From: an uncultured Candidatus Saccharibacteria bacterium
Lineage (GTDB): Bacteria > Patescibacteriota > Saccharimonadia > Saccharimonadales > HK-STAS-PATE-42
Length of the DNA stretch: 64,000 nt
NCBI GenBank assembly: GCA_964461505.1
Contig: CAYWUW010000003.1
Coordinates: forward strand, 37,680-101,679
Reading direction: 5' to 3'
The notes below the pieces were generated by a model, which searched no databases, was not told the DNA's origin, and saw only the letters and a list, made by a program, of their open reading frames with translations. Position 1 is the stretch's first letter. Each line of letters begins with the position of its first letter. Position numbers and translations under genes: made by a program. Below, piece by piece: positions 49,298-57,821 of this stretch.

Positions 49298-49867
49298 ATG
49301 AGCGTCTCTAGTTATAGACGTAATGTCGCCAATGGACACACTGGGCCAACAACCTCGACTTGCTTTCCTGCGGCACTTGAACAGCTCTCACCAAGACATG
49401 CATTTAGTGGAGACGTGTATCAAAGATACAGGGAGACTGTAGATGTAGTCTGCTCTCTTGAAGGTCAAGGACTTAGAAGAGTTAACCCCTTGTTGAAAGA
49501 TTTGTATGGGTATTTAGCTACAGAACTAGGATATTCATATGGTGACATATCTTTTGAGAGGCTTAGATCAATTGAAGAGTTTAGGGATAGAGTATGTGAT
49601 TTGCTCGCATCTTCTAGCAGGGTGGTAGTAGACATAATGACAGAGGGGTGCCATGGAGGTGCTCAAGGATATGTCCATTCGGTAGGTATATCTGCAGTAG
49701 GTGGCCTGTGCAATCAGATGGTTAGGCTCAGGAGCACATGGCTACCATCTGAGCTTACTGGTGTAATACCACTTGATTCAGTATTCCCCCACCTCGCTCA
49801 GCTCAAAGATCCGCCAAGGCAAAGATATGAATTTAATGATGCTAACTTAGCCGCCCTACCATCTTAG
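49298..49867 (+). CDS. Hypothetical protein
   Basis: ORF-track 49181-49867. The first part overlaps the previous gene, so an internal ATG was chosen. Confidence 0.35.
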   Translation: MSVSSYRRNVANGHTGPTTSTCFPAALEQLSPRHAFSGDVYQRYRETVDVVCSLEGQGLRRVNPLLKDLYGYLATELGYSYGDISFERLRSIEEFRDRVCDLLASSSRVVVDIMTEGCHGGAQGYVHSVGISAVGGLCNQMVRLRSTWLPSELTGVIPLDSVFPHLAQLKDPPRQRYEFNDANLAALPS

Positions 49868-49920
49868 GTTTTGCTTCTAGCGCTAGCTTAGCTCAAAACC
49901 TTTGCGGTATACTCTAAAAT

Positions 49921-50054
49921 GTCTAGGACATCCAAACAAACAGAGTGACTCGATCATTTATGTAGTTGTGCCATTAAAAGGGCAGCTACGTAAAAAAGAA
50001 TAGGCATAACTGCTTGTTTGGGTCCTAGACAGTCCAGCGTGGCTGTCCTTTTTT
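49921..50054 (+). ncRNA. Candidate structured small RNA or leader (about 134 nt)
   Basis: TATACT at 49908-49913. A 20-bp closing helix pairs 49921-49943 with 50010-30, with inner hairpins. Terminator hairpin at 50028-50047 followed by CTTTTTT. Confidence 0.35.
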
Positions 50055-50122
50055 ATATATAGAAAATAGATATAGCCTCCTGGAAGTTAATTAATAAAAG
50101 TTAATAACCAAAGGGAGGTTAT

Positions 50123-50419
50123 ATGGATCAAAGGTTAGCATCAGAGAAGGTGGTTGTTGCAGCACCAATGTCACTGGCTGGTTCTGCTGCTAGAATATGG
50201 AAGATTACAGACTTAGTGCCAAATGTATTTGTTAAATGGATGCTTTTAGTACCTATTGCACTCATGCTGATTATGATGGCATGGATGGTAGTGGCAGTGT
50301 GGTACATAATATTTGGCATACTATTAGTACCTTACAGACTTATTAGGAGGTCCGGGAGAAAGGGCAAAAGACAGGCTTTGCAGCACAGGGAGCTTTTAGA
50401 AAAGATAGGGGCAAAATAA
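50123..50419 (+). CDS. Small two-TM membrane protein
   Basis: 98-aa ORF with AAGGGAGG upstream. Confidence 0.5.
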   Translation: MDQRLASEKVVVAAPMSLAGSAARIWKITDLVPNVFVKWMLLVPIALMLIMMAWMVVAVWYIIFGILLVPYRLIRRSGRKGKRQALQHRELLEKIGAK

Positions 50420-50473
50420 TAGAAAGTGGTTATGTTTGGAGTAGCTGCTTCCAGCAGCTAGAATACTCTAATA

Positions 50474-51892
50474 ATGAGTGATACGTTCAGAAGCCCACTT
50501 TCTAGATACCCTAACATAGACGAGAGTAATTCCTTGCGAGTTAACGTAGCCGGCTTCTCTAAGCTAGACACGTCTAACGAACAGCTACAACAAGCCATCA
50601 GAGAACTTGTTGAGTTACGACAAGTTCTTTTAGTGGCCGAATCTACAGACCTAATCAACAGCTTCATTGAAGTAAGGAGGCTATACACTGAAGCCATTAG
50701 GTGGCTAGGTCTTGACCACCAAATCAATGACCTTGTAGTTGTACCCCCATCAACTGACTACCAGTCGATTGATCCAAACTCCGTTTCTTTATTTCAACAG
50801 TTTGTTAACTCAATTAAGTCTACCTATTTAAACACTCCCCAGTACTACGCCATACAGGCACAAATTGGGTTAGAAAAGAGTAGCAGGATACTACAGCTAG
50901 ACCTTGAGGCAGACAAACTATCGGACGAATTTAAGACTTCTTTACGAGAAGCCCAGAAGAGGTTGGCAGAGTCTACTGATAGCGATAAGAACGAGTTGCT
51001 TAGACAGCTGAACGATCTTGTCTCTACACAGAAGGCCTCTACCCAAGAGGCCACCACGGAAGCACTTAACTCCATCAAGCAAGCAAAGGCTCTAGAGATA
51101 TGGCATGAAGAGTACAAAAAGAATATAGAGCTTTACGAGTTGAAGCTAGACGGTCCACGGTGGAAGGCTCTTTCATTACGTGCTCGGCTGACTAACCTTA
51201 GGATAAGAACACAGGAACTAAAGTATGAACTAATTAAATTTAAGGAATCTGAACTTAGCCCCATAGATAACAAGTCTAGTAGGCCTGGCTTGAGGCAGGT
51301 TATGAAGCTACTGATAATCAATATAAAGTACCTTTGCTACCTAGGCTTTGTATCTATTAGATTTGCCATTCTAGCGGTTGTGGGGTCTGTCTCCTATCTA
51401 TACGGCAAGACCATTAGATCTGCAAGGGGCCAAAGGATAGTCTGGTTTGTTATATTGGGTTCTGTTCTTATAGGTCAGTCCTTGATATTTACCAGTGTGT
51501 TGCTGAACGGCAAGCTACATGATTTCCCCATACAGGACTTCATAAGAAGCCATAACCTGAACCTTCTTGTGAGCAATGAGTATGTATTGGCAAAGATAAG
51601 TATCTTCCTGGGCTTTATCCTAGTTCCCTCTCTTGGTTACACTTTTTCTAATAGAAACTTTAGGATTTACTCAAACTTGCTGGAACAATACAGACATAGA
51701 TACACGGTAGCCACCACCCTGCAGGGAGTACTCAGTAATATTACAGAGTCTGAAGACAATAAAGATGTAAGGACTCAGTTAGCCGGAGTAGCTGCCTTGG
51801 CAATGTTTGAAATGAAAAATGTAGGCCACCTATCCAAGAAGGATGGTGACTCTGTGCCACTTATGGGCGCCATACAGGGTATTTTCAAATAG
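50474..51892 (+). CDS. Hypothetical protein: N-terminal coiled-coil half, C-terminal multi-TM half
   Basis: 472-aa ORF. No family recognised. Confidence 0.5.
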   Translation: MSDTFRSPLSRYPNIDESNSLRVNVAGFSKLDTSNEQLQQAIRELVELRQVLLVAESTDLINSFIEVRRLYTEAIRWLGLDHQINDLVVVPPSTDYQSIDPNSVSLFQQFVNSIKSTYLNTPQYYAIQAQIGLEKSSRILQLDLEADKLSDEFKTSLREAQKRLAESTDSDKNELLRQLNDLVSTQKASTQEATTEALNSIKQAKALEIWHEEYKKNIELYELKLDGPRWKALSLRARLTNLRIRTQELKYELIKFKESELSPIDNKSSRPGLRQVMKLLIINIKYLCYLGFVSIRFAILAVVGSVSYLYGKTIRSARGQRIVWFVILGSVLIGQSLIFTSVLLNGKLHDFPIQDFIRSHNLNLLVSNEYVLAKISIFLGFILVPSLGYTFSNRNFRIYSNLLEQYRHRYTVATTLQGVLSNITESEDNKDVRTQLAGVAALAMFEMKNVGHLSKKDGDSVPLMGAIQGIFK

Positions 51893-51936
51893 CTAGCTTT
51901 CCTAAAACCTTCGCGGTATGATTGTTCGTTGCAGCC

Positions 51937-53238
51937 ATGCTGGACAATAATACTCAACAATTAAAATATTGCCTGTACGCAAGAAAATCATCTGAATCGG
52001 ATGAACGTCAGGCAATGAGTATTGATTCACAACTTGCCGAGATGAGATCTATGGCTGAGAGTGAAGGACTTAGCGTTGTATCAGAGCTGCAAGAAAGTCA
52101 TTCTGCTAAAGATTCTGGCCAAAGACCGTTATATAACAAGCTACTACAGGGCTTGAGAGACGATGAGTACAACGCAATCTTAACTTGGGCACCAGATAGA
52201 CTCTCAAGAAACGCAGGGGATCTAGGGGCAGTTGTAGACCTAATGGATCAAGGTAAACTTCTGCATATCAGAACCTACTCCCAGACATTCACTAACAACC
52301 CGAACGAAAAATTCCTCCTGATGATTCTCTGCTCTCAGGCCAAGCTAGAGAACGATAATAAAAGTGTAAATGTTAAGAGAGGAATTAGATCTAAATGCGA
52401 GATGGGCTGGCGACCAGGAGTTGCGCCTCTTGGGTATATTAATAGAGCCTTTGGAGGAGTTAAAGATATTATTCCAGACCCAGAGCGTGCAGAGATTATA
52501 ACCGAGATGTTTAGGAGGGCTGGGCAAGAGAATTGGAGTAGCAGGAGATTGAAAGTCTGGATGGATGAACAGAATCTTACGAGCAGAGCAGGTAAAACAG
52601 TTGCCGTAAGCCAAATCCTTAAGATGTTAAAGAACCCATTTTACTACGGTGAGTTTCAATACCCAGAAGAACCTGATGGTAAATGGTATAAGGGTGCGCA
52701 CGAACCTCTCATATCTAAGGAGTTATTCGACCTAGTACAAGAGACAAGAGGATTAGTTAAAGGCAAGTGGGGGCTAAAACAGTTTGCATTCCGAGGACTA
52801 CTTGAATGTGGAACTTGTGGGGCTGGAGTAACGGGAGAGGATAAATACAAGAAAATTAAAAGTGATGGATCTATCCGAAGGTATGTCTACTACAGGTGCA
52901 CTAAGAAGAAGGATGCCAAGTGTCCAGAAAAGTACATTGGAGAACCCGAATTAACTAGAGCGATCCTAGAACACATTGAAACTTCCGGTAAGGATATTAA
53001 AATATCCAGCGCATTAAGAGCTTCTTCAGAACGCTACACTGCGATGATGAAGACTATGTATGAATACCACAAAGTCAAGACAGAATTTGATGCCCCACTT
53101 ATCGAGTATGCTCGCTATGTTCTAGGAAAGGGTACCGAAGATGAGAAGAGAGCCCTGGCCAAAGGAATTGTGAGCAAGCTTGTTTTTAAGAATGGAAGAG
53201 TTAATAAGGTTCGGGAACCACTCGAAGACTTAATCTAA
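51937..53238 (+). CDS. Large serine recombinase
   Basis: YCLYARKSSESDERQAMSIDSQ (catalytic Ser region), resolvase, recombinase and zinc-ribbon (CGTCG...CTKKKDAKC) architecture. Confidence 0.9.
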   Translation: MLDNNTQQLKYCLYARKSSESDERQAMSIDSQLAEMRSMAESEGLSVVSELQESHSAKDSGQRPLYNKLLQGLRDDEYNAILTWAPDRLSRNAGDLGAVVDLMDQGKLLHIRTYSQTFTNNPNEKFLLMILCSQAKLENDNKSVNVKRGIRSKCEMGWRPGVAPLGYINRAFGGVKDIIPDPERAEIITEMFRRAGQENWSSRRLKVWMDEQNLTSRAGKTVAVSQILKMLKNPFYYGEFQYPEEPDGKWYKGAHEPLISKELFDLVQETRGLVKGKWGLKQFAFRGLLECGTCGAGVTGEDKYKKIKSDGSIRRYVYYRCTKKKDAKCPEKYIGEPELTRAILEHIETSGKDIKISSALRASSERYTAMMKTMYEYHKVKTEFDAPLIEYARYVLGKGTEDEKRALAKGIVSKLVFKNGRVNKVREPLEDLI

Positions 53239-53853
53239 ATAATTAGTATATTCTTTTATCAGAGCTGTTTCGTTAAGCCTCTTTTCCGATACGACTCTAT
53301 CGTATTTATGCCAGCCATTAAGGTCTTTAAGCTTAAACCTTACAGCACCTTCAGATAAATATTTGATAGCCCCGTCTCGAAGACGACCACTCATTTCTAT
53401 AAAATCAGGTCGGACCGATACGCTGAGTTCCTCGACTTTATTCTCGTCTAATTTTGACATTATTATACTCAAATTAACTGTATAGTCCTGGATGAAGTTG
53501 AGCTCCTTGAGACATTTCGTTGATAGCCAAACATGCTTTTTATAACAACTATGGAAAGTTTCGCCCCACCATTTTTCAAAGATGATTTTATTATTTACTA
53601 CGGCTACACCCCTAACCGGTCTTTCCACCTTGCTTGAATAGTGTTCTGTATTTTCAGGCATTACTACCGTCATCATAGTATCAGCAAGGTCTAGAGCACT
53701 CTCATGAGCATCTATTCGCCTATCAATAATCTTTGCCTTCTGCTGCTTCTTGAAACCGAGATTCTGCCGGAAAATCTCAAGGATTTGAGAAACTACTACC
53801 CCGAACAGAGTGCCTACCGCGGCAATGATACCAATATTATATTCACTACTCAT
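53230..53853 (-). CDS. Hypothetical protein with an N-terminal TM
   Basis: 207-aa ORF, convergent with the recombinase and overlapping it by 9 nt. Confidence 0.45.
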   Translation of the reverse strand: MSSEYNIGIIAAVGTLFGVVVSQILEIFRQNLGFKKQQKAKIIDRRIDAHESALDLADTMMTVVMPENTEHYSSKVERPVRGVAVVNNKIIFEKWWGETFHSCYKKHVWLSTKCLKELNFIQDYTVNLSIIMSKLDENKVEELSVSVRPDFIEMSGRLRDGAIKYLSEGAVRFKLKDLNGWHKYDRVVSEKRLNETALIKEYTNYLD

Positions 53854-54077
53854 GTAAGAATATTGTAACTCAACAATGCACTGCTAGAAACAGGTCTAGG
53901 AACTCGGTCAGCTTAGCTCCTACTTGATTGCGGTATGGCTTGTGTAAACTTCTGGGACTAAACAACAGGGATGTTCTAGATATTACTATACTTTTGTTGG
54001 TTCGAGTGTAATTTGAAGCCTTGTCGCAATAGAGGGATAGGTCACGAACTTTTATAACAGTGTTCGGGGTGATCTAG

Positions 54078-54108
54078 GGAAAAAGAAAAACCGATCATAG
54101 GGATCGGT
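54078..54108 (-). terminator. Rho-independent terminator downstream of trpS2
   Basis: Minus strand ACCGAUC-CCUAU-GAUCGGU followed by UUUUUCUUUUUCCC. Confidence 0.6.
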
Positions 54109-54225
54109 CTGTATCTGTTAGCTGCTGTGTTTGGCTCCGCATACGGGTCACGAACCATTTAACTGATAAAAACGAGACAAATGAGACACATTGAAGCAAT
54201 ATTTGATTTTAATTTTGTTTGTAGT

Positions 54226-55227
54226 TTACGAACCGTATAACCGCATTGCTTTTCTTACTTCTGCCATAGTTTCATTGACTACTTGTCTTGCCTTAGTGGT
54301 TCCGTCTTCTAGAATATTTTTTACTAGATCTGGCTGTAGCTCATATTCTTCTCGCCTTACACGGATTGGTTCTAAAAACGTATTAAGTACGTCCACCAGG
54401 TACTGTTTGACCTCAATGTCACCAACTTGACCATTGCGATAACGTTGCTTAAGAGCCTCGGTGGTTTTTTTATCAGTACCAAAAGCGTCGAGATATATAA
54501 ATACTGGGTTACCTTCTACCTTACCAGGATCAGTTGTGCGTTGACGTGTTGGATCGGTATACATTTTCATGACCTTTGTCTCAACTTCATCATGACTATC
54601 TGATAAGTAGATAACGTTGCCTAGACTTTTACTCATTTTTGCACTACCATCTGTACCCACCAACCGTGCAATACGTCCAGTCAGGATTTCTGGCATATTG
54701 AAAGTATGGCCATATATTGTATTAAACCTATTAACGACTTCACGAGTTAATTCAACCATTGGCGCCTGGTCATCACCAGCCGGAACTAAGTCAGCGTTAA
54801 AGCCTAATATGTCTGCTGCTTCAGATAATGGGTAATTTACAAAGCCTACGGGAACATTTGCACCAAATCCCTTTTGCTTCATCTCCGATTTAACAGTAGG
54901 ATTACGTTGCAAACGCGCAAGACTGACTAAATTCATAAAATATACAGTAAGCTCAGCGAGCTCTGGAATTTGTGATTGCACAAATAGAACTGCTTTACTT
55001 GGATCTAATCCAACCGCTAGGTTGTCCAGGGCAACTTGATAGACACTTTCACGAACTTTATCAGGATTGTCAAAATTGTCCGTAAGGGCTTGAACATCAG
55101 CCTGCATGATAAATGTTTCGTATTCATCTTGTAGCTTCACTCGGTTCTCCAGCGTCCCTATATAGTGGCCGAGGTGCAATTTACCCGATGGTCGGTCACC
55201 AGTTAAAATTCTCTTTCTCGTATTCAT
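54226..55227 (-). CDS. trpS: Tryptophan--tRNA ligase, second (auxiliary) copy
   Basis: ILTGDRPSGKLHLGHYIG (HIGH), KMSKS. 333 aa with AGGAG SD. Confidence 0.9.
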   Translation of the reverse strand: MNTRKRILTGDRPSGKLHLGHYIGTLENRVKLQDEYETFIMQADVQALTDNFDNPDKVRESVYQVALDNLAVGLDPSKAVLFVQSQIPELAELTVYFMNLVSLARLQRNPTVKSEMKQKGFGANVPVGFVNYPLSEAADILGFNADLVPAGDDQAPMVELTREVVNRFNTIYGHTFNMPEILTGRIARLVGTDGSAKMSKSLGNVIYLSDSHDEVETKVMKMYTDPTRQRTTDPGKVEGNPVFIYLDAFGTDKKTTEALKQRYRNGQVGDIEVKQYLVDVLNTFLEPIRVRREEYELQPDLVKNILEDGTTKARQVVNETMAEVRKAMRLYGS

Positions 55228-55826
55228 TTCTTTTCTCCTAATTTAGTTTGTAATTGCGTAATTGTTTGTAAAAGTAGTTCTTTACTTTTAATGCTAGTTA
55301 TTTGAGAGCATCCAAAACTTAGGACAGCCACTTCCTGTGAATCCGGTTTCAACTTACCTAAATAAGAACTTCTGATTCCCAGAATACCTAATATGCCCTT
55401 CTCGGTCACAGCAATAATTGAATGTGGCTTTATTGGCGTAGAGCCATTTTTAGTTTTCAGGTATTCGCCTTTGACTGAAAAACGAATTTCAACTGAATTA
55501 AACTCATCAACCGAGAATACAGTGATTGGTATATCTGTATAGTAACTTGCTTTAATTATGAGACCAGTCAGCGGATCAGGGACAGGTAAATCTTTGATTG
55601 TAGGGTAGCTTTTGAGTCTTTCGACTGCAAGCAAGCTGCTCTCTGCAAACTTCTCTCGAAATTTGCTATATGAAGCTTTTTCTTGCCTACTCAACCTTAA
55701 GCCGTCTAAGGCTTTAAGGTTTAAAGAACCTATGTCGTCTGAAATCTCACGAACTTGAATCACTTTATAAAAAACTTCAAGCTCAGGAATCACTTTACGG
55801 ACGGAAGCGTCAAGCACTACTTTCAT
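55224..55826 (-). CDS. Hypothetical protein, possibly B3/4 (PheRS-beta editing-domain-like) fold
   Basis: By-eye resemblance to stand-alone B3/4 proteins (MKVVLDASV..IPELEV...; ..VTEKGILGILGIRSS..). ATGA overlaps with both neighbours. Confidence 0.35.
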   Translation of the reverse strand: MKVVLDASVRKVIPELEVFYKVIQVREISDDIGSLNLKALDGLRLSRQEKASYSKFREKFAESSLLAVERLKSYPTIKDLPVPDPLTGLIIKASYYTDIPITVFSVDEFNSVEIRFSVKGEYLKTKNGSTPIKPHSIIAVTEKGILGILGIRSSYLGKLKPDSQEVAVLSFGCSQITSIKSKELLLQTITQLQTKLGEKK

Positions 55827-57406
55827 GGTTCACTCCTAACATACATTGGTCGAAATGCTGCAAGACGTTTGCCCTTGTCATCTCCAAATACAGCTGCGTC
55901 CCTATTAAAAGGCACTGCTCGTAAGTATATGCTCGACACATCTATTCCAGCTTTTCGGCTCCTTTCCACAGCATTTGATAACTGGGCAAAGCTGTGTAGT
56001 GAATAGCGAAAAAGTGGCACTGGTGTTTTTTGGCCAGGTACAAATGCATACAAAATATCGGTATCCGACGGAACCTTGCCTAGTTCCAACATCCTGAACA
56101 ATTCTTCGTGAATCCTTGGTGCATTATCTTTATCGATTTTCTTAGGACGAATCAAGTTCAGTAATTTATCCAAATGTCGCCCTGCTACTTGGAACGTTGG
56201 AAGTGTTGTTGCCTCGTGTTCAAATACTTTTAACAGCGGGTCTGGGAATGTGGAAATATCGGCTCTCACTACTTTTTCTGTAAACGCAGCATACCCTCCT
56301 GATTCAATGTCAGGGTTTAGTACGATTACACTTGTATCGTCTGTAATTGCATCGTATTGAGAAATACCAAGAACAGTAACTTTGAAGCCAATTTTTTCTA
56401 ACATTGAGGTTAGTGATTTTGTCTCATTTACCTCAAGCATATCGGTAGAACTTTCCAGTGACTCGTCTTTAACAATAATGGTTATATGGTCTGTTGCTAT
56501 ATGCTTTTCGATGGCTACCCCCACCTGTGCCTTTAGCTTTTCTACTATCTGAGCAACTTGTTCAAGTGGCCGATTTTTAGCTCTCTCTATCTCAGTCAAA
56601 AAGAATCCAACATCAGGCATGTTTATCCTTTCGATAGCAACATTTTCGTCAGTATCAACGAAGCAGTCTGGCTGAAAATATAGTAAATCATCAGCTATGC
56701 CTTGAGGGGACTGAGGGTCTCGAGCAGCAAGAGCAATAGCCTGCCGAAATGGTACTCCTGCTTTGATATGCTGGCGTGCCACAAAAGCATAGGATCTCAC
56801 ACGCATCAAAGCCTCTTGCACGGCTGGTTGAGTATCGGCAGAAAGCACTGCTCCAGTTTCAACTGGATTAATCAGGAAAAAACCACTTCTGCTACCAACA
56901 GCTGTATCCGGTAGTTTGACACCTTTTTCTTCAGCTTGTTCCACAAACTCATTCATAAGGCCAAATGTTTTTCCTAAATTATTTTCTGCATAAGCTGCTG
57001 TTACAGACATTGCTAACACACCAAGTTCTGGGTGTTCAGCTATACCCTCTTTGACGCTCTCTTCTAACAAAGCATGTGGAACTGGCGCTGATACCTCAAA
57101 CGAGCCTTGTTGAGCAACAGATCTATCAACAGTAAAAGCTGTAAAATTACCACCAGGACCTTGGTCCATTCTCAGGAACCGATATAATCCTGCGCCTCGT
57201 AACCTTTGCTTAAGTTCAGGTCCAACGCTCGGAAAGAATGCTGCCCTTAGCTCAGCAGGTGAGTTTTCACGAAGTGACATAAAATTTTCGTATGCCTTAA
57301 ATTCATCATTACCATTTATCATCGGATCTGCCGCTTCATAATATGTATCCATACTGCCTGCAGCCATTTTTACTCTTCCACCTTCTGCTATTTCAAATTC
57401 ACTCAT
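55823..57406 (-). CDS. Hypothetical 527-aa protein, no recognisable family
   Basis: Long ORF with GGAG SD; first gene after the attenuator. Confidence 0.6.
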   Translation of the reverse strand: MSEFEIAEGGRVKMAAGSMDTYYEAADPMINGNDEFKAYENFMSLRENSPAELRAAFFPSVGPELKQRLRGAGLYRFLRMDQGPGGNFTAFTVDRSVAQQGSFEVSAPVPHALLEESVKEGIAEHPELGVLAMSVTAAYAENNLGKTFGLMNEFVEQAEEKGVKLPDTAVGSRSGFFLINPVETGAVLSADTQPAVQEALMRVRSYAFVARQHIKAGVPFRQAIALAARDPQSPQGIADDLLYFQPDCFVDTDENVAIERINMPDVGFFLTEIERAKNRPLEQVAQIVEKLKAQVGVAIEKHIATDHITIIVKDESLESSTDMLEVNETKSLTSMLEKIGFKVTVLGISQYDAITDDTSVIVLNPDIESGGYAAFTEKVVRADISTFPDPLLKVFEHEATTLPTFQVAGRHLDKLLNLIRPKKIDKDNAPRIHEELFRMLELGKVPSDTDILYAFVPGQKTPVPLFRYSLHSFAQLSNAVERSRKAGIDVSSIYLRAVPFNRDAAVFGDDKGKRLAAFRPMYVRSEP

Positions 57407-57420
57407 AATATTTCTCCTTT

Positions 57421-57451
57421 AAAAATTAAAAGACTCCCTTCCCGGGAGCCC
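57421..57451 (-). terminator. Intrinsic terminator in the operon leader (attenuator)
   Basis: Minus strand GGCUCCC-GGGAA-GGGAGUC followed by UUUUAAUUUUU, immediately before the AAAGGAG SD of the 527-aa gene. Confidence 0.65.
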
Positions 57452-57480
57452 TAAGTTACATTTATTCAAAATTTTACAAC

Positions 57481-57561
57481 CTAAATAGACTCCCGTGTGT
57501 AATGAGAGCTACGCCAAGCACCTAGTTCACCACAACTAACTAATAATTCAATATGACTCAT
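57481..57561 (-). CDS. Candidate 26-aa leader peptide MSHIELLVSCGELGAWRSSHYTRESI (one Trp codon)
   Basis: The ATG overlaps the trpR-like stop (ATGA) with GAGGA 7 nt upstream. TGG at 57516-57514. The last codons cover the antiterminator arm CGGGAGUC. Confidence 0.5.
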   Translation of the reverse strand: MSHIELLVSCGELGAWRSSHYTRESI

Positions 57562-57815
57562 AATTGCTTCCTCAAAACTTTGAAACGATCCTGACTTAGT
57601 TCTTTCGAGCCACGGGTAACCGTAGCAACTCCTACCCCAAGATCACTAGCAATTCTAGCCTGTGGTTCACCGGCAATTAATCGCTTGATAATCTCTACTC
57701 GTTGAGCTATTTCAGCACGTTCTTTATCGGTTGTCACACCAATTAGAAAGTCCTCAAGCAGCGCTCTATCTCGAGTAGCGTATATAATATTGATTACGTC
57801 ACCAAAATTTGACAT
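57558..57815 (-). CDS. Trp repressor family protein (TrpR / YerC-YecD type)
   Basis: ..TTDKERAEIAQRVEIIKRLIAGEPQARIASDLGVGVATVTRGSKEL aligns with the E. coli TrpR helix-turn-helix (..GIATITRGSNSL). Confidence 0.8.
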   Translation of the reverse strand: MSNFGDVINIIYATRDRALLEDFLIGVTTDKERAEIAQRVEIIKRLIAGEPQARIASDLGVGVATVTRGSKELSQDRFKVLRKQL

Positions 57816-57821
57816 AGCTAT

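Larger units (their letters stand above)
43800..54000. mobile_element. Integrative element A (type I R-M cargo, ParB-MTase backbone, large serine recombinase); boundaries approximate
   Basis: Loss of the TAAGCTTA word, strong SD usage, recombinase and ParB-MTase genes, truncated hsdR at the left junction. Confidence 0.5.

Noticed and set aside
55823-57406. Assignment of the 527-aa protein to the ATP-grasp or glutathionylspermidine-synthase-like superfamily, based on ..VAIERINMPD.. and ..LEVNETK...
   Set aside because: The E-x-N spacing and glycine-rich loop do not match by eye, so the evidence is insufficient and the protein is left as unknown.
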